Positions 51,048 through 61,542 of a DNA stretch of 64,000 nucleotides are shown here, in pieces. The DNA is from Curvularia clavata (Eukaryota). The position numbers and the translations under genes were made by a program. The notes under the pieces are model-generated. The model did no database searches, was not told where the DNA came from, and worked only from the letters and a program-made list of their open reading frames with translations. The stretch spans positions 2,790,001-2,854,000 of the forward strand of contig CP089274.1 of NCBI GenBank assembly GCA_023920165.1, written 5' to 3'. The stretch's first letter is position 1. The number at the start of each line of letters is the position of its first letter.

Positions 51048-53810
51048 TTACCACAGAACCTCTGTGTTGCAAATCCTCGCTTCTTCAACATCCTTCCACG
51101 TCGACTCTCCGCTGGCCACATCGGGAAGTGCCCTGCGATGCCACCTTAGGCTCCACCTCCGGGCAGTATCTACATCCTCAAAGTCCAGCACCCACCGGTT
51201 GTACACACGGTTCATGATCTCCTGGTTCATTTGCGCTTGTGACCGGTCCTCCTCGGCCCCGCCCATCATGCTTTGGATCTCTGGATCATCGTATGTTAGT
51301 TCCGGAGCTGAAGTAGAATGATCAAACGTCCCATATGCCCGGGGCCGACTCGACGAAACAGCCTTGCTTGACATCTTGAGGTTGATCACGTCACGCAGTC
51401 GGTGGATCGACGACTGCGATTCGTTCCGTAGCGGATGCAGCATCCCTTGCCTGTAAGCATCGCTGGTAATAGCTGCAAAGAGATCAGAGGGCGAGGGCTC
51501 GTAGCCTTCAATATGCAAGAGCACTCTGCAAATCTTCTTCCCCTTGTCTTCGACAGAAGTGGCAATGGGTTGGTACCCGCCTCGTTCAATCAACTGGCGT
51601 AGAGCTGGGTTATATGGCTGCATAAGCACGTTGAGACTCAAGGTATGATTTTTGGGCAAGAGATTGTACGAGGCCACAGCCGCAGCGATGTCTTCGCCGT
51701 CCTCGAGGAACCCCTTGGGTGGTGGGATAGCCGACAAGATGCTCGAAGGTTGGTAACGAGCACTAAGCTTGTGCAGTCGTGAAGCATTCTTCTGGTATGA
51801 GAGAGCTGCTTCCGTGTTTTTGAAAAGCAGGTAGTAGAATGGCAAACGCTCCAGACTGAGAGGGTCTCGGCCGGGGATAATCTTGTAGAAGTCACTGTCT
51901 CGCCGCCATCCCTCCAGATGCTTGCCTTTAGGGATGATGCGACGGAAATCGGCTTCTATCAATCCAGTGCTGCAATTGGTCAGCTGGAGCACAGTGGTTT
52001 GCTCTCCATGTTGCTGGATGGATTTCGCTGCCTGCTGTGCGGGCGTTCGAGGTCGATCTAAAAACGCTGGGCGAGTGGGTGACTGGGGTAGCTTGAGTCT
52101 GGGGTATTGATCTCTGTTCTTCTTCGTGGGCTGAGGCTGCGGAATGCTATTTGTTTCTGGGAAGAGTTCCTCAAGGAGCGATTGCTCACTGACTTCGTCA
52201 GTGCGCGGTGGTGGCTTGGACGATTTGGTGGTGGTACGAGCAGCAGTGGAAGCTTCTGCATTGGATAGACGATGAAACGACGTACTATCTTTGACTCGTG
52301 GACGTTGCTCATGCACAAGTTTCTCCAAACCACGGCCCATGCTATTCGTCTTCAGATCTACAGACGATTTTATTGACCACGACTGTCCGTGGATCCGACG
52401 CATGAGCCTCTGTGCATCGTCCCTATTATTGGTAATGTTGTTCTGCATGTCCTTTTCACGAGTATCCGCGGACCTCAAGATGAAAACTGACGGTTCCGTC
52501 CGAGCCGGTCTTTCCCCTTTCTGTAATGCAGACTCTGTCTTAAAGTAAGGCTCTAACAAATCGATCAAGAGCCTGTCTCCTTCTTCATATGCGTGGGCGA
52601 TTATGGTCTGAAGTTGCTCACGAGCTCGGCTCGCAATTGGTGCTACCATGGGAGACCGGATACTGTCTAGTTCTGTAACTATGTCGCTAAGTCTGCGGGT
52701 TGATAGGCGATAGCGTTTCCAGCAAGCGTCCAAGGTATGGGAAATGAAATCGTCATAAAACAATGTCTTCGAGAATCTGGCCATTTCACTAGCCACCATG
52801 GGGTCGTTGAGGCTAGGAGCTGGTACTGAAGACCTGCGCAAGATAGACTCAAGCAAATCGACTGTTGGCTTGAACTTCACATAGACATCGCTGGTCTTGA
52901 TGTCGTCCTCCAGCATGGCAATTCCGCGTATCGAACGGAAACGACGTAGTAAAGAAGGTGCTACAGGTGCAGCTATGTGGTGGGGCAATTTGGCGAAAGC
53001 GCTAGTTGCTGTTCCATAAAGAGAGACTGAGCGTGTATAGGCAGACTGAGCCTTTTGCCAAATTCGGAGCCCTTTGACTGAGAATGTTGTGGGTGATTGT
53101 AAAATGTGTGATGGGGTCTGCGGTAGGTACGATATATCTTGATTGGCCATGTTAAACTGTGTTGCGTCGGATCGCATGGCCAAAGTGCGTATTGCTGTAG
53201 CAGATGTAGATGATGACTGCTCTTTCGGAGAGCCTCCTTCAATGCGGGCTTCCAAAGCCCTCAGCTGTTCGGACAACTGTTTAATCTGCTGCTGTATGGC
53301 TGTCATATCCACCTGTCCAGAGGACGCAAAGTCCTCATTGCTCCTATCTGCAAATCTCATCTGCTCTTGTTGGGTTTCCCTGACTTGCTGACTCGTCGCC
53401 AAACCAGCAGTTGTCTGTGTAAGACCTCTTTCCTCCCGCCAAGATTCCTCCCTGGTTTCCGGTAGATTGATTGCAGGACTCTCTGGCTGCTTTGCATGAG
53501 GTGGTGACCGTCCCGACTTAGACTCGATAGATTCGAATTGATTGCCATGTCCGCCAAATGAAGCAATGCGGCCCAATGTATCCTTCCACCATGACTTCTC
53601 TTCCGCTGGTGCGTCGTTCTTGGGGTCAGTATGGTCAGATAAGGCACTGCTCTCCCCATTGCTGCCCTCAGCACTGGGTGTCTGCGGGGTGGTGTCATAG
53701 CCGGTGGTCGAGAGTTTGGCGCGGCCCGTCGTGTGGACGCAGCGGACCTGCTTCGCGGTCACTGTGAGGTGACATGGCCGCAGGTGTCGAGAGAGGTGCG
53801 GCGGTGGCAT
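51048..53810 (-). CDS. Large intronless fungal protein of unknown function (~920 aa), possibly mitochondrial
   Basis: Uninterrupted ORF of more than 2.7 kb; first ATG at 53810. The N-terminus is R/H/T-rich and acid-free, like a presequence. It has a short coiled coil (IQQQIKQLSEQLRALEARIE) and a globular-looking C-terminal region (ADFRRIIPKGKHLEGW, IPGRDPLSLERLPFYYLLF, ARRWSLRWHRR). Confidence 0.75.
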   Translation of the reverse strand: MPPPHLSRHLRPCHLTVTAKQVRCVHTTGRAKLSTTGYDTTPQTPSAEGSNGESSALSDHTDPKNDAPAEEKSWWKDTLGRIASFGGHGNQFESIESKSGRSPPHAKQPESPAINLPETREESWREERGLTQTTAGLATSQQVRETQQEQMRFADRSNEDFASSGQVDMTAIQQQIKQLSEQLRALEARIEGGSPKEQSSSTSATAIRTLAMRSDATQFNMANQDISYLPQTPSHILQSPTTFSVKGLRIWQKAQSAYTRSVSLYGTATSAFAKLPHHIAAPVAPSLLRRFRSIRGIAMLEDDIKTSDVYVKFKPTVDLLESILRRSSVPAPSLNDPMVASEMARFSKTLFYDDFISHTLDACWKRYRLSTRRLSDIVTELDSIRSPMVAPIASRAREQLQTIIAHAYEEGDRLLIDLLEPYFKTESALQKGERPARTEPSVFILRSADTREKDMQNNITNNRDDAQRLMRRIHGQSWSIKSSVDLKTNSMGRGLEKLVHEQRPRVKDSTSFHRLSNAEASTAARTTTKSSKPPPRTDEVSEQSLLEELFPETNSIPQPQPTKKNRDQYPRLKLPQSPTRPAFLDRPRTPAQQAAKSIQQHGEQTTVLQLTNCSTGLIEADFRRIIPKGKHLEGWRRDSDFYKIIPGRDPLSLERLPFYYLLFKNTEAALSYQKNASRLHKLSARYQPSSILSAIPPPKGFLEDGEDIAAAVASYNLLPKNHTLSLNVLMQPYNPALRQLIERGGYQPIATSVEDKGKKICRVLLHIEGYEPSPSDLFAAITSDAYRQGMLHPLRNESQSSIHRLRDVINLKMSSKAVSSSRPRAYGTFDHSTSAPELTYDDPEIQSMMGGAEEDRSQAQMNQEIMNRVYNRWVLDFEDVDTARRWSLRWHRRALPDVASGESTWKDVEEARICNTEVLW

Positions 53811-54148
53811 CAATTGCGCGGCTTGACATTGCAAAGCTGTAATCCTCCAGCCTGCGACGAACACAAAAGCTTCACAGGTATCCTGCGCTAATGTCCCCGT
53901 CGGGCCTAGCTCACCCGCCGCTTAGTCACATGAATCTCCTCCACCACACTTGGTCGCAACCCAAAAAGGAAATTAGGCGAGCGTCTCGTGCTGGAACGGT
54001 TCAGGGCGTTCAAAAAAAAATCTTGTGTACAAAGCAAGACACGTGATGTGACTCACGTCTGTTCAGACATTCGTCTCTCCCAGATCCTCACAAATCGCGG
54101 ACTGCAAACTACTCCCATTATACTACGGCGGCGGATAAAAATTCCAAA

Positions 54149-56525
54149 ATGAGCCCCGCTGCCACTTATACATTGCGCCCACTGGAGCGCAATCCGCCTA
54201 GTATTCCAAGCAATGCGCTCGAGGGAGGTGCCTTTCGCGTCCATCTGTCAATGAAAGAGCTGAAGGCTCTTGGACTCTCCAACGGCGACTGTGTCCGACT
54301 TAGCACTGGGGCGGGTTTCAAAGGCTATGGCGTTGCATGGCTGGCTTCACAGACCAATCCCGGAAACAAGCCAATTGCCAAGGTAACTGATCTATTACGG
54401 GAGCACTATGATCTCGCACTCAATGATCCGGTCTTCATCGAAAAGGCCGACTCCTGGAAACCTCTCAAGTCTATTGAGATTAATATCTCTGATGCGCCGA
54501 CCCAGACGGCCAAATTTGCTTCAAGCGAGCAGCTTTTGTACTGGCTTCGCCATGCCTTGGGTGAGCACTTGAATTTGTACAAGCTAAGATTTCTTTACTG
54601 ACTGTGGCTCAGCAGCGGATGCCGACATTCTCCTACCCGGATGTAGTTTACCAATCCAACAAAAAGGCTTCAAGCAAAAAGGGCAAAAGGTTCGGGTTAC
54701 AGTGCAAAGTATTGACCCGCTTCCCAACGAAAAACATGCAGTATATTTTGATGAGATTACCACTCAAATCGTCACTGTAGGCGATTTCAGGCCTGAACCA
54801 TCTACCCCAAAGCCGTCAGGTGTACTTCGATTAAGGTCGGACGGAATTGGCGGACTATCTGACCACATTGCGGCTATGAACCGGGATCTTTCCTTCCTAA
54901 CCAACAGTCTGCCTCATCTGCCCAATCGACACCTTCTCGGACCCACTGCCTTCCTCTTGCATGGCCCAGAAGGAACTGGGAAAAGTCTTTTGCTGGAGCG
55001 ACTGGCAGAGTGCCCTTGGTCCGAGGTCTACAGAATCAACCCCGATACAAATCCCAAAGGCCAGGCCAAAGTCGTCTCTGATATTTTCCAAGATGCCCGC
55101 GAAAATCAGCCCAGTCTAATATTGATGGACAATCTGGATCGCCTCCTGGACAAGGCCGACTCGCTAGTGAACAGGTTGCGGATTGAGCTGGCTACTCTGG
55201 GAGGCAGCCAAGTCGTGGTCGCAGCAGCAGCACGCAGTGTATATGATGTCGACTCCAGTCTTCGAACAGCAACTGCTTTTCAGACAGAACTTGAGTTGTT
55301 GCCGCCAAATGCAAAACAAAGAGAGGAAATTGTACGACAGATACTGGGCCCGGCTTGTAACGTCCCGAACGTTGATTTTACTGCCCTTGCAGAGCGTTCA
55401 CACGGTTTTGTAGGCAGGGATATTGCCAGCTTGTGCTATCTCGCTAGGAAGCGCCACATGATGCGAATAGACACACTGGTAGACGAAAAAAACAAAGCTG
55501 AGCTGGGCAAGATAGATGAGCAAACCGATTTCGTTGAGCAGGAGGATTTTGAGGCCGTGATAGAGCAGGTGCGCCCCACGGTACTGAAGGATAGCATTCT
55601 TGAAGTACCAAAAGTCAGATGGGCGGACATTGCTGGTCTAGACCATGTGCGGGCTGTGCTAGAAGCCATTACCATCCGCCCGTTCAAGGTATGTGTACAT
55701 CAATTTCCATATGTTCACATTGCGGAAAGGCCCGCGTTGCTTTTTCTAACTCTATCCGGATCTGACTAACCGCACTGTTAGTACCCCGACCTCGACGTCA
55801 AATTCGGCGGGCCTCAATCGCGCAAGGGCGTTCTCCTCTACGGACCACCCGGCTGTGCAAAGACACTCATTGCTCAAGCTGTGGCCACCGAGAGCAAGCA
55901 AAACTTCCTGGCTGTAAAAGGCTCTGAGCTCATCAAGATGTACGTGGGCGAGTCTGAACGCGCCATCCGAGACGTTTTTCGAAGAGCACGAGCAGCGAAG
56001 CCTTGCATCATCTTCTTTGATGAGATTGATTCGATTGGAAAGTCGCGTGAGAAGACACAGGAGAGTGGCTTGAATGTTGTGACAACGTTACTCAACGAGA
56101 TGGACGGAATTGAGGCACTAAAGGACGTGTTCATCATCGGCGCAACCAATAGGCCCGACATACTGGATTCAGCTCTTATTCGTACGGGCCGTTTTGATGC
56201 TCACATCCACATTGGCTTGCCGACAGAAGAAGCACGGAAGCAGATTCTACAGATCCACACGCGATCGAGACCACTCGCACCGGACGTTAACTTGGACCTC
56301 GTCGCTAAGCGAACTGAAGGTAGCAGTGGCGCAGATATTAGCGGCCTCTGTGCTGTCGCTGTTGAGATGGCAATCACCGACTACACGTTGCAACCTGACA
56401 GGACACCTGAGGTTTGCATGCGCCATTTTGAGCAGGCACTACAGCAACACGTCCCTCATACGATTGCAGCAGAGGCGGAGCGATACAGAAACTGGAGGCC
56501 GGGGAAGTCCTTGTCTGAGGATTAA
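54149..56525 (+). CDS. Two-ring AAA+ ATPase of the Cdc48/AFG2(Drg1)-like group
   Basis: Cdc48-like N domain. D1 has GIGGL, GPEGTGKS and LAERSHGFVGRDI; D2 has VPKVRWADIAG, GPPGCAKT, VKGSELIKMYVGESERAIR, IFFDEID and GATNRPDILDSALIRTGRFD. Introns 54561-54615 and 55689-55781. Confidence 0.88.
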
Positions 56526-57745
56526 GGGCGACGCGTGCAAGTGGTGTTGTGAATTTGTTGAGATTTCTGCATGGAGCGGGTGCACGTAGAGAACAAGATA
56601 AGGTATTCAGTGCGGTGACCAAAGAGTTATTAATCCGCATTACGACGTTGGACAATGGAACAGTCCAAGGGACGTGCATCCGCCTTCTACCGCCGCACGG
56701 CGTACAGAAGGCGTGGAGATACGACAGGCAGCATGCTTCCATTTAGCTTCGGTGCATCATATATACCTATTCTTGATCCTGTTTGGCATGCTTGATTAGC
56801 TAGTGCACCACCTTTGAGACACCGACACTTGATGTCTGTTGCGACTACTTTTAGTGCTCAGACCCAGCGCCCTTGGTTTGCATATATGTATAGGAAACAG
56901 CGAGACATCGTCCTACTCGATCCGAAACGTCGCGGCCTTGCTGTGGGTCTTCATTTGGACGGATGATGGTCAGAGCCCGGCACTTTGCGAGCATCGGCCA
57001 CGGGCCCTACATAACAAACGGTAGGTAATGTCATGTTGGTAGCCTGTGCTTGCGTACCACGAAATCAGGGGGGTGTGTTATTCAGCTCATTTTTTCTTGT
57101 CAGCGCCAGGAAAATGTGCCGCCGCAACGGACCGATAATTTCAACCAGCCACTGTTGTGCTGCTTTGGATACCCTTGGCGGCGCATCGCGAAATTGCTCC
57201 TCGGCAAAGCGCCGTCTTGAAACTGGGCTCGTGCTCCTTACACACCGGTCCTTTGCTACAGAGACAGCCGTCTATTCCTGCCAGCATCATGGCTCGGATA
57301 AGACGCTTGTCATGATAATCCCGCCGCCTGTCAGGGGATCCGCTAGAGTGGAGTTGCCCGTGCAGCCAATCGTAGGCGGCCCGTCCATGTTATGCCTATC
57401 ATCCTTGTCCCACGCCGGGTTCTCGACCATGCGTAATTTCTTTCAGACGCGCCAAAGTGGGTGTAAATGATTGCCGCTGCTATGATGACGGTGCAAAGTG
57501 TGGAGGCGCCAGGTTCATTTTCTGGTCGTGTGGTGATGACACCGGTGCACATCCCACCTTCACTACTACCACAACTCTCCTTCCTTTCAACCTCCAACGA
57601 CTGGGTCGCTACCTTGTTTTTTTTCCCTTTGGCTCTCTGGAGCCGTCCATTCCTTTTCTCCGCCTATCCAAGCCCATTGTGTTCTTCTCCTTCTGCCGTC
57701 CCCAATTTACCATCTGATACTCTCTAACAGATTTTGAAACCCAAC

Positions 57746-59802
57746 ATGCCCGGGATGCTCACGCGATCCAAGTCTCTGAGGTTTCTAAGAAACAACCGCA
57801 AAGATGTTATTGAACAAGAGAAGGGAAACACAATGCCGTCCATAAAGGGCTCTCAAACAGATCTTGACAAATACATTGCGTCCACGGCCAATTTGCCAGT
57901 GGAGGGAAATCTCAAGGCCCCAGATCTGGCAGTCCGACCGAGTACGTCGGGTGGGCCTGTACAGCGCCCAGTGAAGCCTCGCAGTCAGACAAATCCTGCA
58001 CCATCGTTCCACTCGGAGGAATATGTCCACTCTTTCCAGTCTCCTACCACATCGACGACTGTGCTCTATACCTCAGATGTCACAAAAGAACAGGGGGTCA
58101 TTGGTATTGCTCTTGGATCGCCAACCTGTGCTTCGCACTGGAACCCACCGCCTCAGGCTGTAGAACCCACGACGAACCCTGGCTCTCCAAATCTTTCAGC
58201 AGACATGTCTATTCAACCAAACCGCTCTTCGCCAGCCCTGGGCGGCTCCGCAGAGCCTGCCAAACCGAAGATCAGTCGATGGAAATCATTGTTTCGCAAA
58301 GCGGCACCACCCATCACTCAACAAGAGAAGGCCGCCTTCTACCAGTTGACGCAGGCTGTGGATAAAGTAACCCGCACTGACAGCCACCACGACGAGGAAA
58401 TTATCGAATCCAAGGCTTCATTTAGGGAAGAAAATGGCAGGGAAAGGCTACGTAATGTGTCACCGCCTGCATATAAGCCTGATATACGAGAATCGCGAAA
58501 ATGGAGCCCGGGAGAGTTTATTGCACCTCAATCCCCTCCGGAAATATTGGCTACTAGAGATCGTGCGGTAACAGTGGGAGACTCTCCTTCAAAGCGACAT
58601 GAAATGACACTTCAACGGTCAACTACGACAACGGGTTCCTCGCCACCGAGCAAGAAGAAAGCGGCCTCTTCGGTACCAGGAGCCGTATCATCGAAGGATT
58701 CGGCACCGACAGAAGGTCGCCTTCTTGACATTGCCCTGCCTGATATCACACTCGAAAGATATAGTGTCATGTTCAGCAGCCTTTTGCAGTCTGGACCAAA
58801 CCGTTCATCGCTCCTGGAGCGACGCCAGGGAAATGCGGAAAAGGTCAAGCCGTTGAAGGAGCTTTCTACCAAGGTATGTCCATCGGATCCCAAGCTCTTT
58901 GTGTGTATATACCAACAGCATGATAGGACAATCCTCCTCAGGCTGAGGGCTCGGGTCTTCAGCGCAGAGTGACTTCACCAGCTGTGGTATCAGCCTCTCC
59001 GCGATTAACGCTGTTTCCTCCTACAACCACGAACCGTACACCTTCACCATTGGGCGCACCCGTTATCAACCGCAACAAGGATATCAAACGCTCCAACACG
59101 CTACCTACAAAGTCACCTGTTCGACAGGAGTTTAAGGAGACGTCTGATCGTTCTGAAAAGACCCTTGATGCTGCGAAACTTGCACCTGCAGCATCCCCAT
59201 ACCTCAAGCCTGCTTTGACTCCGACTTCCATCTGCAGCTTCGAGTCCGAGTCCGAAACCGTGACGGTTATCGTCGCTCAAGCATCGCCCGGCCATCCTAA
59301 GCCGATGACACTCCATTTCGATGACCGGGAACCAGAGTGGGAGATTTGCCAGAAGCCAGCTCGAGCCGCAAAACGCGAAGCACTCATCATCCCAGACACA
59401 CCCGTCTCACCGCCTGTGCGCGCTCCTTCGCGCCGACAGCCCAAAGTCACCAAGATGACAGCGCTCTCTTCGCACCCGTCTTCTGCGCCCCTTGAGGCAC
59501 CTTCACCGCTTCAGCGACTACAGAGTCTCTCTACGCCGCCGCATTCCGCCAGCCGGCTCGGCGAGAAACGAGCAGAGATTCAGGCACGCCGACAAGCACA
59601 GACAGAACAGGTAGCTACAGCACAAGCTACTGTTGGTCTTGCCAGGAGCGTTTCGCTAAGCAGGGCGAAAAGCCCTCGGTCTGTCATCCGCAATTCGATG
59701 GCGCCCAACGAAGACCGGATCGTGGATAGGCTAGCTCTCACACCTACTATGGTTGAAGTGAAGAACCGGAAGAGTCAGAGGGTGCAGCTCGAGGACGCTT
59801 AG
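57746..59802 (+). CDS. S/P/R-rich, largely disordered fungal protein of unknown function
   Basis: Two long ORFs joined in frame by intron 58874-58926. Short ordered-looking islands include GVIGIALGSP, SRWKSLFRK and LLDIALPDITLERYSVMFSSLL. CTAACAG at 57724-57730 may mark an upstream intron. Confidence 0.75.
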
Positions 59803-61542
59803 ACGACATTTTCTTCTATTTCTCTATACTTCCAGTTTGCATCGTCAAACCTTTGTTCACATTTCAACCTTCCGATATATTTTCTTCCTTCTTTTCCTAT
59901 GTCGCGGGTACTTCGAGGCTGCCCTTCTAGGCAATAGGGTTCATGGGTTTTTAACGGCGTAACGTCTTCTTCTCCACATGTGGGGCACACTTTGTGACCG
60001 TTCATTCATACTGTTCGTTTTTCTCTTCTTTCTAGCGGGGGTCGTTTCGGTCGCACTCATCCGAGTTTCATTTGACATTCGTTGATTGCATCAATAGGGG
60101 GTGATACCATGCAAAAATGTACTGCTGGACGGTGTGCAAGGGGTATTCGGTTGTTAAGGGGGAAGAAGGAAAGGGGATATCATACAGACCGGGACTTATC
60201 CATCAAACGCCTGATAAGCTCCAAATACTACCTATGCATACTATATGCTCAAAATATGCAGTGTTTGCCATACAAGACTCAAATGCACGAGCGTGTTTTG
60301 ACTTGGAGATGACGTGGTGTAATCGCATAAGACATACAGGTAATGTTAGCGCTAGGATAAGCTTCATTATTTTGTACGTTGGGTTCGAAGGCTGTATCCT
60401 CAGGCCATTTTAGGGCCCCATGCCATAAGCAGCCTAGGGGCAGTGTTGCACCGGTGAATGACGGCAAGTTCCAGTACACAACTCAGCACCCGCTTATTCT
60501 GCGGTGTCCAGATGTGGTGCAGCGAAGGCCACCCTTTGCAGGAGGCTACGAACGGGACGGCCCCACTACCGGTACGTAGTACCAGTTCCCCTCACCCCTC
60601 CCTTCTACCTAACGCTCGAGCGTTTCTTCACTCAGATGTTTAGTTTGTGTGACGTCTGTCAAGCTTAGCCTTTCCATCTCACAGTTTTGAAATATACGCG
60701 GGCATGGCGGCATATTCGCTCTTTACGAAACAGGCGGCACATTTCGGAACCGGTTATTCAATCCGCGCCTCCCTCACACAGCCTGCTGGTAATTAGCTTC
60801 ACGCATAGTTGGTGCAGCAAGGGACGTCCAGCAACCCGCCTGCATGATTGCGATGTTAGTCCTGCATGTGATTGAGCCAAGGGCCGTCAGCCGAGTCCAT
60901 TCTGCAGCCTCTTTACAGATGTCGAGTTACTTTCGGATTAGACGGCTTCGCACAGCCTGCTTGACTTCCAGCCACGACTCTGTATCATTGGAGAGGCGCA
61001 CTTTGATTGCTGCACCTTGTCGAAGCAATACTGTCGCCTAAAGCTAGCTGATCAGAAGCTTAACCAAATGAACACAGTGCTCGCGTGTTGTCCGGCTAGA
61101 CATGAGAAGTGAGGCTGAGCATCCATTGCGAGTGCTTCGATGGCTTTACATTGGTCTTTTCTTCTCGCACTTCGCTTGTGTATCCTCTCTGCTCTTGCTA
61201 CCTGATTTCTTGCGTCTGCTTGGCTTGGATTCTATTGTTTCTGCTTGCAGCAACCTGATACATTATCCTAGGCCTTTCCCCACCTGCCCTCGACCGGTAG
61301 TTAGGAAACCTCACAGCGCAGGTTGAGCGAAGCACCAGGAGTAATCGGCCCTTAGCGGCCGATCCTGGATAAGGCATCAACAAGTTTGGAAACCATCCAT
61401 TCACACAAATCCTGCTGTCGGCGACTGTGTCAAGCTTAATTCAAGTCGACCTGTCAATGGTCCCATACAGATCCGAAGCGTAGTCTAGTCAGCAGGGCAT
61501 CTCAGTTGCGAAGTCGCCGCGCAAAGAATAGTCGTCTTGAAG

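Noticed and set aside
59803..61542. Short ORFs between the two unknown genes
   Set aside because: No motifs or consistent exon structure; treated as UTR/promoter.
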